Positions 8,976 through 19,342 of a stretch of 64,000 nt of DNA are shown one piece after another. The notes below the pieces were generated by a model. The model made no database searches and was not told the DNA's origin. It saw only the letters and a program-made list of their open reading frames with translations. Source of the stretch: an uncultured Blastochloridaceae bacterium (GTDB taxonomy: Bacteria > Verrucomicrobiota > Verrucomicrobiia > Methylacidiphilales > JBCBYL01); assembly GCA_964351865.1 (NCBI GenBank), contig CAYGPJ010000006.1, forward strand, positions 17,833 through 81,832, read 5' to 3'. Position numbers and translations under genes: made by a program. Position 1 is the first letter of the stretch, and every line of letters begins with the position of its first letter.

Positions 8976-11123
8976 CTACTCCATCAACAGATCCATCAGC
9001 TTATCGGCGGAGTCGGTGATGACGGTGCCGGGACCGAAGATGGAGCAGGCTCCGTTGGCGAGCAGGAATTCATAATCCTGTGCGGGAATGACTCCGCCGC
9101 AGACGACCAGAATGTCTTCTCCTCCCTGATCTTTCAGCGCTTGCACGAGCTGCGGCAGCAAGGTTTTATGACCGGCGGCCAGCGAGCTCATAGCAACGAT
9201 ATGCACATCGTTTTCGACCGCTTGGCGGGCAGTTTCTTCCGGGGTCTGAAACAGTGGGCCGACATCGACATCGAATCCCATATCGGCGTAGGCCGTAGCC
9301 ACTACTTTGGCGCCACGGTCGTGCCCATCTTGACCCATCTTGGCGATCATGATGCGGGGGCGGCGTCCTTCTTCTTCAGCAAAAGCGTTGGTTTTATCTC
9401 GCACGTTCTCGATGGCGTCCGGTTTGCCGTATTCGCTGCTGTAGACACCGGAGATAGAACGGATAACGGCCTGGTGGCGTCCGTAAATTTTTTCCAGTGC
9501 ATCGGAGATTTCTCCCAGGCTGGCACGGGCGCTAGCGGCTTCTACCGCCAATTCCAGCAGATTGCCCTGACCGCTTTCGGCGGATTGAGTCAGCGCGTTC
9601 AGGCAGGATTCGACCTTTTGGTTGTCGCGGTTAGCCCGGAGTTTCTTCAGCCGTTGAATCTGGGATTCACGGACGGCGGTGTTATCCACGTCCAGAATTT
9701 CCAGTGGATCTTCTTCGGCCATGCGGAATTTATTGACGCCCACGATGGTTTCAAGTCCGCTGTCGATGCGGGCCTGGCGACGTGCGGCGGCTTCTTCGAT
9801 CTTCATTTTGGGAATACCGGCCTCGATGGCTTTAGCCATACCACCCAGTTTTTCAACCTCCTCGATGTGCTCCCAGGCACGGTGCATCAGTGAGTGAGTC
9901 AATGACTCGACGTAGTAGGAACCGCCCCATGGGTCGATGACATCGCAGATGCCGGTTTCGTCCTGCAGGAAGAGCTGGGTGTTACGTGCAATCCGAGCAG
10001 AGAAATCGGTGGGCAAGGCAATGGCTTCATCCAAAGCATTGGTGTGAAGCGACTGGGTATGCCCCATGGCGGCGGCCATCGCTTCGATACAAGTGCGGGT
10101 AACGTTGTTAAACGGATCTTGTTCGGTCAGACTCCAACCGGAGGTTTGCGAGTGGGTGCGGAGGGCCAGCGACTTCGGATTCTTGGGGTTGAACTCTTTG
10201 ACGATCTTTGACCAGAGCAGCCGCGCCGCCCGCATTTTAGCTACTTCCATGAAGTAGTTCTTTCCCTGCGCCCAGAAGAAGGAAAGGCGGGGGGCAAAGG
10301 CGTCGATGTCGATACCGGCTTCGATTCCGGTACGCAGATAGTCGCGCCCGTCGGCCAGCGTGTAAGCCATTTCCAGATCCGCCGTCGCTCCGGCCTCCTG
10401 CATGTGATAACCGGAAATCGAGATGGAATTAAACTTCGGCATTTTCTGGGAGGTGAAGGCGAAGATGTCGGCAATGATTCTCATCGATGGGGTGGGTGGA
10501 TAGATATAGGTGTTTCGCACCATGTATTCTTTCAGGATGTCGTTCTGAATCGTTCCGGCCAGTTCCTCCAGCTTGGCTCCCTGCTCGAGGGCGGCCACGA
10601 TATAGAATGCCAGCACCGGTAGCACCGCGCCGTTCATGGTCATCGAGACGGAGACCTGGTTGAGTGGAATCCGGTCGAAGAGAATTTCCATATCCAGAAT
10701 GGAGTCGATGGCGACACCGGCTTTACCGACATCTCCCATCACCCGTTCGTGATCAGAATCGTAGCCGCGGTGGGTAGCTAAATCGAAAGCAACGGAGAGA
10801 CCTTTTTGCCCAGCGGCCAGATTACGGCGATAGAAAGCATTGGATTCTTCGGCGGTGGAGAATCCGGCATATTGGCGAACCGTCCACGGGCGAAAGGTGT
10901 ACATGGTGGCGTAGGGGCCACGCAAAAATGGGGCAATTCCAGCCTGATAGTCGAGATGCTCCATACCGACCAGATCCTGTTCGGTGTAGAGGGCTTCCAC
11001 CGGGATCTTTTCCATGCTTTCCCATGGTTTAAACTGACCTTGGGATTTCCATGAGGCGGAGCTTTTTGGGGAACCTGTTCCGGTGACGGACGAATAATCA
11101 ATGGAGGTAAAATCTGGGCTCAT
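8976..11123 (-). CDS. mutB: Methylmalonyl-CoA mutase, catalytic (large) subunit
   Basis: RQYAGF, SISGYH and the B12-binding GQDGHDRG motif. Confidence 0.97.
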   Translation of the reverse strand: MSPDFTSIDYSSVTGTGSPKSSASWKSQGQFKPWESMEKIPVEALYTEQDLVGMEHLDYQAGIAPFLRGPYATMYTFRPWTVRQYAGFSTAEESNAFYRRNLAAGQKGLSVAFDLATHRGYDSDHERVMGDVGKAGVAIDSILDMEILFDRIPLNQVSVSMTMNGAVLPVLAFYIVAALEQGAKLEELAGTIQNDILKEYMVRNTYIYPPTPSMRIIADIFAFTSQKMPKFNSISISGYHMQEAGATADLEMAYTLADGRDYLRTGIEAGIDIDAFAPRLSFFWAQGKNYFMEVAKMRAARLLWSKIVKEFNPKNPKSLALRTHSQTSGWSLTEQDPFNNVTRTCIEAMAAAMGHTQSLHTNALDEAIALPTDFSARIARNTQLFLQDETGICDVIDPWGGSYYVESLTHSLMHRAWEHIEEVEKLGGMAKAIEAGIPKMKIEEAAARRQARIDSGLETIVGVNKFRMAEEDPLEILDVDNTAVRESQIQRLKKLRANRDNQKVESCLNALTQSAESGQGNLLELAVEAASARASLGEISDALEKIYGRHQAVIRSISGVYSSEYGKPDAIENVRDKTNAFAEEEGRRPRIMIAKMGQDGHDRGAKVVATAYADMGFDVDVGPLFQTPEETARQAVENDVHIVAMSSLAAGHKTLLPQLVQALKDQGGEDILVVCGGVIPAQDYEFLLANGACSIFGPGTVITDSADKLMDLLME

Positions 11124-11131
11124 TTTGGCGG

Positions 11132-13279
11132 CTATTTGGTTTGGTTTTTCTGTTGCTGGGTTTCGGAAATAATTTCCAGTAGGTCATGCAGCATTTCGTA
11201 GCAATTGGTGCGAACATTGACGAAGTCATCGACTCCGGCGGAGCGCCAGGCAGCTTCATTCTCTCCGGGAGCTCCAGCCACGATAACACGTGGAGAATGC
11301 TTAAGCTTTTTCAGAGCCTGTGCCAAGTTAGGAACCGTCTCGGCATAATTCTGATCGGAGGAAGTGATCACCACGACGGGGGCCTGACTGCTGTGGGCTG
11401 CTTGCAGAGCGTCATCGACGTTCGCAAAATCGTTTTCGTTGAGTAAGTCAAATCCGCCTACCTGGAAAAAGGCAGAGGTCCAATCGGCCCGCATGCGGTA
11501 AGCGCGAGAAGCGCCGATGTTGGCTTGCAGGATCTTTGGTTTGCCAGCGGCTTCTACGGCTTTACGCAATTGCTCAAATGGCATGGCTGCTCGTCGGATA
11601 TGGATGGGAGTGATTTCGGTCGGGTTGCTATCCCCCGACCAAAGGGTGCGGCTGATTTCTCCCAGGGTAGCTCCAGATGCGGCAGCGTTTACTGCGGCAT
11701 CCATTAATTCGCTGCTGTCTGCGTGCAGCAGTTCTTCCAAACTGGTCAATACTGCTTCATGTGACAGTGATTCATTGGAGGTGCGGAAGGCGGCGATTTC
11801 ATCACCACGAACTTTGCGAATTTTCTGATAATCGGGCAGCGGGGTTTCCAGTGGTTTCTCCGTGGCATTAGGGTAAATGTTGGTGCCCACAATCAGGTCA
11901 CGGCGTTTGGCCAGATTAGCGGTGCGCTGTTTGCGAATGGCTTCCACTTTCTTTTGTGGCAGGCCCGTTTGCAGCGCTGAGGCCATACCGCCGGCTTTTT
12001 CAATTTCCTGAAACGAGCCCCAAGCTTGTTGGGCCAGTTGGTCAGTCAGTGATTCCACCGTCCATGAACCTCCGACGGGATCAATGGTGCGGGTCATGTC
12101 ACATTCTTCACTCAGGATAAAGTGGGTGTTACGTGCGATACGACGGGAAAATTCATTCGGGACACGGATGATCTCGTCAAAGGGCCCGACATGCAGGCTA
12201 TTGCATCCCCCCATAACGGCCGAAAAGGCTTCGGTGGTAGTGCGCAGCATGTTGACGTAGGGATCGCGAACCGTTTTGTTCCAAATGCCGGTGCGAGCGT
12301 GTAGATGAAAAGGAACGGAGGTTTCGTTATCGCCGAGAAAGGCTCTGGCGACTTGTGTCCAGAGCAGGCGGGCCGCCCTGAATTTAGCGATCTCCATGAA
12401 GAAATTCCCGCCAATGGCCATGGAAAATCTTATGCGTGGCAGGATGTCTCCAGCACTTTGGCCGCGCTCCTGCATGGCACGGATGTATTCAGCTCCGGTT
12501 GCTAGCGCAAAAGCGATTTCATCACTGGCGTTACCGCCGCCGTTATGGTAGGGATTGGTGTTGACCTCAATCGTCTGCATGTTGGGCAGGTGTTTTTTTG
12601 CATAGGAGGTCAGAATGTCCATATCCCGATAGGCTCGATCCAACGAGACGGGCAGCAGGCCTTGCCATGCCATTGAGCCGAGGGGGTCGAAGCCGAAGCA
12701 GCCTTTGATTTGATCCAGCGCGGTGCCACGTTTGCGAGCGAGTGCGGTCAGCATCGCGGCGACTGGCAGCGAGGCGGTGCCGGATTGGAAATAGAGCGAA
12801 ATCAGCTTCAGGTCTATACCGGAAAGAGCGACTTCCAGATCTTTCAGGGTGGCCAGCGACAAGCCACAGGCTCCGACGTGACCGGAATCAGTGAAATCCG
12901 GATCCAATCCGGTCTGTGCGGCGATATCCAAGAGGATATTCAGTTCGTTCTGACCACGATGGGTGTCAGATAATGCGGCCTGATTAAAATCTTTGGGGGT
13001 GCCATAAGGCAATTCCTGTGAGACTAGCCAAGGAGTTTTCAGATAGCCGTCTGGTTGGGCGGAACGCACTTGATTGCCGCTGCCGGGTAGACTTCCCAGA
13101 TGAGGAAGATCTGCAATATCCTGCCGACGGTAAATGGGGTTCAGGTCGAATCCCTCATAGGTGCGAGTGATAAGTAATTTCTCAAACGGAGCACCTTTGA
13201 GTAGTGCGAGCGCGGCATCTTTCCACTGCTCGTAGGTATGCGGTTCGAAATCTTCCAGTAATTTTGTGTTGGTGGCCAT
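11132..13279 (-). CDS. mutA: Methylmalonyl-CoA mutase, small (non-catalytic) subunit
   Basis: Mutase homology ([26 protein letters not shown]) without DxHxxG. Confidence 0.9.
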   Translation of the reverse strand: MATNTKLLEDFEPHTYEQWKDAALALLKGAPFEKLLITRTYEGFDLNPIYRRQDIADLPHLGSLPGSGNQVRSAQPDGYLKTPWLVSQELPYGTPKDFNQAALSDTHRGQNELNILLDIAAQTGLDPDFTDSGHVGACGLSLATLKDLEVALSGIDLKLISLYFQSGTASLPVAAMLTALARKRGTALDQIKGCFGFDPLGSMAWQGLLPVSLDRAYRDMDILTSYAKKHLPNMQTIEVNTNPYHNGGGNASDEIAFALATGAEYIRAMQERGQSAGDILPRIRFSMAIGGNFFMEIAKFRAARLLWTQVARAFLGDNETSVPFHLHARTGIWNKTVRDPYVNMLRTTTEAFSAVMGGCNSLHVGPFDEIIRVPNEFSRRIARNTHFILSEECDMTRTIDPVGGSWTVESLTDQLAQQAWGSFQEIEKAGGMASALQTGLPQKKVEAIRKQRTANLAKRRDLIVGTNIYPNATEKPLETPLPDYQKIRKVRGDEIAAFRTSNESLSHEAVLTSLEELLHADSSELMDAAVNAAASGATLGEISRTLWSGDSNPTEITPIHIRRAAMPFEQLRKAVEAAGKPKILQANIGASRAYRMRADWTSAFFQVGGFDLLNENDFANVDDALQAAHSSQAPVVVITSSDQNYAETVPNLAQALKKLKHSPRVIVAGAPGENEAAWRSAGVDDFVNVRTNCYEMLHDLLEIISETQQQKNQTK

Positions 13280-13426
13280 TATTTTCTCTCTGAGTTATTA
13301 GAAGTAATCTATAAGAGGGTGAAATTTCAATCAAGACTAAAAATAAGAAAAATTAATACTACTGTCTATTAAGCGCCCACGAAGGCTTGGATAAGAAATA
13401 CGAATGATTGGTTGTGTGGGGGTAAA

Positions 13427-14929
13427 TCAATCCAACTCTTCGACTTCCACCTGATAAGTGCGGCCTTCGATAGTGAGGGAGAGCAGGGTGTTATCCGGCT
13501 TGGACTTTAGAATGCCGGTAGCTTTAGATGCAGGAGCACTAGTTGAAGTGGTTACTTCAACCGGTGCTGGCTTGGCCTTAGGCTTAGGCTTAAGTAATTT
13601 GGTTACTTCTTGTGGGAACATCGCGTAGAGCACGGCGATTTCGTCGGTTACCGGCAGGTCTTTTTCTTTGAGCGTTTCGCGTAATTTGTCCATGCCGGGC
13701 TTGATGCTGTCGGCTGGGCGTTCTGTGATGGGATCTTTGCTGAGTTGTTTAGCTGCCATTTTCTGGACTTCGGGATCCACTGCAGCTGGTGTTCTGCCAT
13801 AATAACCCAAAGCGATATCACATGTCTGTGGGGTCATGTTTTTCCAGCGGCCGAATTTCACATTCAGCATGGCCTGGACTCCGACGATCTGTGAGGTTGG
13901 GGTCACCAGCGGTATCCAGCCCAGCGCTTCACGCACAACGGGGATCTCGGCGAAGACCTGCTCGAATTTGTCTTCCATCTTTTGCTCTTTGAGCTGATTG
14001 CGGAAGTTACTGAGCATGCCGCCGGGAACCTGGTAGAGCAGGGCATCGCTGTCGACCACTTCGTTCTTGTGGCTGGTGAATTCTGAGAGTTCCTGATAGA
14101 CGCCCTCAAAATGTTCACGCAGTCGGTTAAGACGTTCGATTTTTTCCGGGCGATCGAAGTCTGGTTTGCGGGGATTCTCTGCCAGCAATGCCATCATACG
14201 GATGGTGTCGGGTTGACCAGTTCCATTGGCAAAGGGAATGATCGAGGTATCGATGGCATCTACTCCGGCATCGATAGCTGCCATGTAGGTCGGGGCACCG
14301 AGACCTGCGGTATCATGGGTGTGAATCCAAACGGGGATTTTGATCGCGTCCTTGAGGCCTTTGATAATCTGGGCTGCCACATAAGGTGGAATCAACCCGG
14401 CCATGTCTTTAATGACGATGGCATCACATCCCATTTCTGCCATTTCAATCCCGTCAGAAACGAATTTGGCGGTAGTGTGGACCGGACTGCTGGTATAGCA
14501 GATGGTTCCGTGTGCTTGCTTGCCGGCGGCTTTGGCAGCTTTGATAGCGCATTCCATGTTGCGGGTATCGTTGAGCGCATCAAAAATACGGAAGATGTCC
14601 ATGCCGTGTTTGGCGGAAGTGTGAATAAAAGTTTCTACTACGTCGTCGGCAAAGTGGGCGTATTGTACGATATTCTGTCCGCGCAGCAGCATCATGTGCG
14701 GAGTTTTCGGCGTCGCTTGTTTGATCTTGTCGAGCCGGTCAAATGGGTTTTCTCCCAGAAAGCGCAGACAACTGTCGATGGTAGCCCCGCCCCAGGTTTC
14801 CAGTGAGCCAAATCCAAGGGCATCCAGATCTTCCAGTGCGGGCAGCATCTGCGGGGTGGTCATGCGGGTGGCGGCGAGCGACTGATGCCCGTCGCGCAGG
14901 ACAGTGTTGTTAAAAATAACGGGAGTCAT
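13427..14929 (-). CDS. Pyruvate/oxaloacetate carboxyltransferase (OadA/5S-transcarboxylase-like) without a biotinyl domain
   Basis: LRDGHQSLAATRM, ETWGGAT, MLLRGQN, IKDMAG, HTHDT, QVPGGMLSN and LVTPTSQIVG motifs; no AMKM. Confidence 0.9.
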   Translation of the reverse strand: MTPVIFNNTVLRDGHQSLAATRMTTPQMLPALEDLDALGFGSLETWGGATIDSCLRFLGENPFDRLDKIKQATPKTPHMMLLRGQNIVQYAHFADDVVETFIHTSAKHGMDIFRIFDALNDTRNMECAIKAAKAAGKQAHGTICYTSSPVHTTAKFVSDGIEMAEMGCDAIVIKDMAGLIPPYVAAQIIKGLKDAIKIPVWIHTHDTAGLGAPTYMAAIDAGVDAIDTSIIPFANGTGQPDTIRMMALLAENPRKPDFDRPEKIERLNRLREHFEGVYQELSEFTSHKNEVVDSDALLYQVPGGMLSNFRNQLKEQKMEDKFEQVFAEIPVVREALGWIPLVTPTSQIVGVQAMLNVKFGRWKNMTPQTCDIALGYYGRTPAAVDPEVQKMAAKQLSKDPITERPADSIKPGMDKLRETLKEKDLPVTDEIAVLYAMFPQEVTKLLKPKPKAKPAPVEVTTSTSAPASKATGILKSKPDNTLLSLTIEGRTYQVEVEELD

Positions 14930-15041
14930 TAACGATGATTAAAGCGATGTGGAGGCAAGGCGCAATAATATACGAAGATTGCTAAGCAAAGTCAGCTGGA
15001 ATATCGACAATTTAGCCGGCATGGTTTAGGATTGAGGCGTA

Positions 15042-15533
15042 ATGAAAAAAAACCTGCCCTTACGGCTACTAACACTAATATTCTGTGTGCTTTCACCAAT
15101 AGCGTCAGCAAAATCAGATGCTGACTGGAAAGAGTTTAAAAAAGCCGCGGAAGAATACGAAGCGATGTCAAAAAAATATGAAGCCATGGCCGAGAAGGCG
15201 CTGGCTACTGAGCCGGAAAAAGCCTCTCTTTATAAAAAGGTAGCAGAAAACTTCGAAGACATGGCGGATATCAAAGATGATGCCGCCCGGATGGCTAAGC
15301 GAGGTAAGTGGGGAAATATCAGTTGGGATAAATATGAGAAAATGGCCAAAGAAAATCAAGAGTATCTGAAGCTCATTGATAAGACTGATCAAGGTAAAGA
15401 TGCTTCATCCAAGTCGGACAAGATGAAAAAAGAGTACTCCAAGGATAAGGATGAAATGACGAAAAAGCGCATCAAAGAATTGGAGCACCAGTTGGAAATG
15501 GAGCGTAAAAAACTCGAAAAGTCCGACGACTGA
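15042..15533 (+). CDS. Hypothetical secreted alpha-helical K/E-rich protein
   Basis: Signal peptide ending ASA, followed by a highly charged helical-looking body. Confidence 0.75.
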   Translation: MKKNLPLRLLTLIFCVLSPIASAKSDADWKEFKKAAEEYEAMSKKYEAMAEKALATEPEKASLYKKVAENFEDMADIKDDAARMAKRGKWGNISWDKYEKMAKENQEYLKLIDKTDQGKDASSKSDKMKKEYSKDKDEMTKKRIKELEHQLEMERKKLEKSDD

Positions 15534-15633
15534 AAACCATCGCTGGCATCGAAGTGGTTTACATGTCACCTGTTCATGTTCTCTGGGGCAATGCAGGGCG
15601 AAGGGCGGCTGTCCGAAGTGGTGCTAACGAAAC

Positions 15634-16005
15634 TTAACTCTTCCCGTAAAACGCTTTGGTTTCCGGCTTGATCCAGAATACCAGCAGTGGAATGCTGAAA
15701 GGCATGAAGCAGGGGCTGGTCAGGCCGAGGCAGATAATGACCAGATGATAAATCCATAGCCAGGGACGAGGCTTGAGCACAAAGGGCAGGAAGCAGGCCA
15801 CTAGCAGCACCAGCGACAGCATTAGCAGAAAAGCGCCGATGACGGATGACAAAGTCTGGTCCATGTTGTGAAACTCCTCCGCCATGGTGAAGAATGTGAG
15901 CGAGAAGAGGCTCGATACGACATAAATGAAGCACATCAAGCCGCAGTAGAGTTTAAACCACAACAGGACTTGAGGTGGTGATGGGCGAAGTTCGTTGTTC
16001 TGCAT
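15634..16005 (-). CDS. Hypothetical small membrane protein
   Basis: Three to four hydrophobic segments; starts 2 nt after the oppC stop. Confidence 0.75.
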   Translation of the reverse strand: MQNNELRPSPPQVLLWFKLYCGLMCFIYVVSSLFSLTFFTMAEEFHNMDQTLSSVIGAFLLMLSLVLLVACFLPFVLKPRPWLWIYHLVIICLGLTSPCFMPFSIPLLVFWIKPETKAFYGKS

Positions 16006-16007
16006 CT

Positions 16008-16910
16008 CTATTTTTTGGTAGTGGGATCAAAAATATCCCGCAAGGCATCGCCCAGGAAGTTGAGCGAAAGCAGGGTCAGTCCCATGAATAGGGACGGAGC
16101 CAGGAGCAGCCACCAGTAAATCTTGATCGGGTTGATCATGGAGGCTCCGTCGCTGAGCAATGTGCCCCAACTGGACTGCGGGGCCTGAACCCCAAGCCCC
16201 AGAAAGCTCAGAAAAGACTCTTCCAGAATCACCGCGGGAATGGTCAAGGTGAGGTAGACAATGACGATACCGATCAGGTTCGGTAACAGATGGCGGGTCA
16301 TGATACGAATATGCGACTGCCCCATTGTTTCAGCGGCCAATACAAACTGACGTTGTTTCAGGCTGAGCACCTGGCCACGAACAATACGAGCCATTGTCAG
16401 CCACTCGACTAACCCTAAAATAATAAACAAAAGTAAGATGCGCGAGTATTTGATCATTTCGTGGAAACCTAATGAATCCAGCAGCCCCTTGGTTTCGCGA
16501 TCGAAAATAGCGATTAATACCATGACGATCACGATGCGCGGCAGGGAGTACATGATGTCGACGATCCGCATCATCACCGCATCGACTTTTCCACCCATGT
16601 ATCCGCTGACCAGCCCGTAGCAGATGCCGACCACGAGCGAGATGCTGGCACCCACCAGACCAACCAGCAGGGAGACACGCCCGCCTTCCATGGTCATCGT
16701 CAAAACATCACGACCATTAATGTCGGTGCCCATCCAATGGCTGAGAGAAGGCGGAGAAAACTGATTTTCACTGAGCATATCCGAAGAATAAGGGCTCAGA
16801 AGTGGTCCCAGAAAACACAGGATAAACAGCAGTATCAAGACACCGAAAGTCCATTTAACGGTGCGATTATTGCGCAGGGCGGAGAACGTGTCGACAGGCG
16901 GCGTGCTCAC
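16008..16910 (-). CDS. oppC: Oligopeptide ABC permease OppC
   Basis: HWMGTDINGRD, ARIVRGQ and ESFLSFLGLG motifs; start reassigned to GTG 16910, overlapping the oppB stop. Confidence 0.9.
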   Translation of the reverse strand: MSTPPVDTFSALRNNRTVKWTFGVLILLFILCFLGPLLSPYSSDMLSENQFSPPSLSHWMGTDINGRDVLTMTMEGGRVSLLVGLVGASISLVVGICYGLVSGYMGGKVDAVMMRIVDIMYSLPRIVIVMVLIAIFDRETKGLLDSLGFHEMIKYSRILLLFIILGLVEWLTMARIVRGQVLSLKQRQFVLAAETMGQSHIRIMTRHLLPNLIGIVIVYLTLTIPAVILEESFLSFLGLGVQAPQSSWGTLLSDGASMINPIKIYWWLLLAPSLFMGLTLLSLNFLGDALRDIFDPTTKK

Positions 16911-17824
16911 GAGAGTTTTACCCTTCGATCCAGCACGGTGTAGAGAATATCGACAATGACATTCATGCTGATCAGCAGCACGCTGTAGACGATGACGCAA
17001 CCGCCTACCATGAAGATATCTTTGTTGAAGATGCTGTTGACAAAAAACGGGCCCAAGCCGGGGATTTTAAAAATTTCTTCAATGATAATACTGCCGGTCA
17101 GGATGTGAGCCGCCAATGGTCCACTGTAACTGACTAACGGCAGCAGTGCCACCTTTAATGCGTGTTTGTAGACGACAACGGATTCTCGCTGCCCTTTAGC
17201 GCGAGCGGTACGGACATAGTCCTGGTTTAAACTTTCGAGCATGCTGGTGCGCATCAGGCGACTGCAATACGCCCCGTAAGGAAGTGCCAGACAGAGGACG
17301 GGCAAGACGATATGAGCTGGGGTGCTCCAACCGGCCACGGGTAGCAGGGGAGCTTTGATGGCAAACAAGAGAATCAGAAACGGCGCAATGACGAAGCCGG
17401 GCAGGCAGATGCCCAGTAATGCGGTCAACATGGCCCCCCGATCAATGCTGGTGTTATGATGAACCGCAGCCCAGCTGCCTACGAAAATGCCGATGCCGAG
17501 TGCCAGCACCAGCGCAATCGAGCCTACGGCGGCGGACTTGGGCAAGGTTTGTTGCAGGATTTCAACGACGGTGCGGTCTCGGTGTTGAGTGGATACCCCG
17601 AGATTGCCTTGAAAGATATTGATCCAGTAGTTGCCGAGTTGCTCGTAAATCGGGCCGTTGAGATTGTATTTCTCCATCAGGCGTGCTTCCACCTTCGGAT
17701 CCAGATTTCGTTCGCTGCCAAATGGGGAGCCCGGCAAGGCGCGAATGAGTAGAAAGGTGCAACTGATCACAATGAACAGCACCGGGATGGCCCATAAAAT
17801 TCGTCTCAGGATGAAGTTGAACAC
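16907..17824 (-). CDS. oppB: Oligopeptide ABC permease OppB
   Basis: PGSPF, DYVRTARAKG and IEEIFKIPGLG motifs. Confidence 0.92.
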   Translation of the reverse strand: MFNFILRRILWAIPVLFIVISCTFLLIRALPGSPFGSERNLDPKVEARLMEKYNLNGPIYEQLGNYWINIFQGNLGVSTQHRDRTVVEILQQTLPKSAAVGSIALVLALGIGIFVGSWAAVHHNTSIDRGAMLTALLGICLPGFVIAPFLILLFAIKAPLLPVAGWSTPAHIVLPVLCLALPYGAYCSRLMRTSMLESLNQDYVRTARAKGQRESVVVYKHALKVALLPLVSYSGPLAAHILTGSIIIEEIFKIPGLGPFFVNSIFNKDIFMVGGCVIVYSVLLISMNVIVDILYTVLDRRVKLS

Positions 17825-17838
17825 AATGAAAAATTAAC

Positions 17839-17865
17839 CACGAATGGACACGAATGAACACGAAT
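17839..17865. repeat. Short intergenic 10-bp tandem repeat (CACGAATGRA x2.7)
   Basis: cacgaatgga cacgaatgaa cacgaat. Confidence 0.7.
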
Positions 17866-17901
17866 TCTTTTCGACGCTTCTAGTTCGCTAGAAATATTCT
17901 C

Positions 17902-19248
17902 TTAGGACACATTCGCGATGGCTTGCAGCACGGCGCGGTTGATTTTTCCGCCAAGTTCGATGTTGCTGACAGGGAAGTTTTCGTTGGGGGAGTGGATTTG
18001 GCAGTCCGGTAATGCCAAACCGAGTAACAGGCTGTCAGCGCCGAGGATTTTTTTGAAATCCGATACGATCGGGATGCTGCCACCTTCACGGATCACGGCG
18101 GGTTCCTTGCCCGGCATGACTTGGCACAAAGCCTCCCGGGCGGCTTTACCGAACCCGGAAGTGGGATCTACCACATAAGCGTCTCCACTGTGCTCCAAGG
18201 TGATATCGCATCGAACGTAGGGAGGACAGTGTTTTTCGATGTGGGCCTGCATCAGTTCCAGCACGCGGTGTGGTGTTTGATTGGGTACGATTCGGCAGGA
18301 AATTTTGGCGTGGGCTTGACTGGGAAGCACCGTCTTGGAGCCTTTACCCTGGTAACCGCCGTAGAGACCATTGAGCTCAACCGTCGGTCGGGCAAAGGTG
18401 CGCTCGAAGGCATTGTAGCCGGGTTCTCCAAAAAGTTCGGGCGACCCCGACAGGTCGATAAATTCCTGCTCGTGCAGTGGCAGTGCGGCCCAGGCTTCCC
18501 GCTCCCAGTTTTCCAGCGGCAGCACATCGTCGTAGAAACCATCGACTGCAATGGTGCCGTCCGGATGGTGAAAGCTGGCCACCAGTTTGGAAATTTCAGT
18601 GAGTGGGTTGGCGACGGCGCCGCCGAAGATGCCCGAGTGCAGGTCCTTATCAGGGCCGGTGATGGTAAATTCCAGACAAGCCACACCGCGCAGGCCATAG
18701 GTAAAGGTTGGGGTTTCCGGCGCGATCATTCCAGTGTCGGAAATGAGAATGACATCACAGGCGAGTTCTTCCCGGTTGGCTTTTAAAAAAGGAGCCAGAC
18801 TCGGGCTGCCGATTTCTTCTTCACCTTCGATGAGAAAGATCACATTCACAGGTAAGGTGCCGGTTTCCTTGAGTTGCTGGCGCACGGCCAGCATGTGGGA
18901 GAAAAACTGGCCCTTGTTATCGGTGGCTCCGCGTGCAGTGATGATGCCATCGTGTAATTCAGGTTCGAAGGGAGCGTGGTTCCAGAGATTCAACGGGTCG
19001 GCTGGTTGCACGTCGTAGTGGCCATAAATCATGACGGTTTTTTTAGCGGGATCGAATTCCGATTTGGCAATGACCACCGGGAAGCCGTTGGTTGCACGAA
19101 TTTCAGAGGACAAGCCGCTTTCCGCCAGATATTCTGCTACCCAATTGGCGCAGGCGGTGACATCATTACTTTTTTCCGGGTCGGTGGAGATGCTCGGAAA
19201 ACGTAACAGAGTGAATAAATCTTGGAGGTTGGGGTCGTTCGAATTCAT
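17902..19248 (-). CDS. M20-family dipeptidase
   Basis: YGHYDVQP, RGATDNKG, EGEEEIGS and HSPNE motifs; start reassigned to ATG 19248 to avoid overlap with the divergent gene. Confidence 0.92.
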   Translation of the reverse strand: MNSNDPNLQDLFTLLRFPSISTDPEKSNDVTACANWVAEYLAESGLSSEIRATNGFPVVIAKSEFDPAKKTVMIYGHYDVQPADPLNLWNHAPFEPELHDGIITARGATDNKGQFFSHMLAVRQQLKETGTLPVNVIFLIEGEEEIGSPSLAPFLKANREELACDVILISDTGMIAPETPTFTYGLRGVACLEFTITGPDKDLHSGIFGGAVANPLTEISKLVASFHHPDGTIAVDGFYDDVLPLENWEREAWAALPLHEQEFIDLSGSPELFGEPGYNAFERTFARPTVELNGLYGGYQGKGSKTVLPSQAHAKISCRIVPNQTPHRVLELMQAHIEKHCPPYVRCDITLEHSGDAYVVDPTSGFGKAAREALCQVMPGKEPAVIREGGSIPIVSDFKKILGADSLLLGLALPDCQIHSPNENFPVSNIELGGKINRAVLQAIANVS

Positions 19249-19342
19249 AAAGTCATTTGCAATTTTAAATTGGAATGGAATATTCCATGAACATAAGCTT
19301 CCAATGCTTAGTAACAAGTAAAACTCAAACACTATATTATTT

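Noticed and set aside
11132-13279. Second mutase gene as a degenerate pseudogene
   Set aside because: Loss of DxHxxG is the normal state of the small subunit of heterodimeric mutases.
13280-13426. Cobalamin riboswitch upstream of mutA
   Set aside because: Short AT-rich spacer without a recognisable B12-box.
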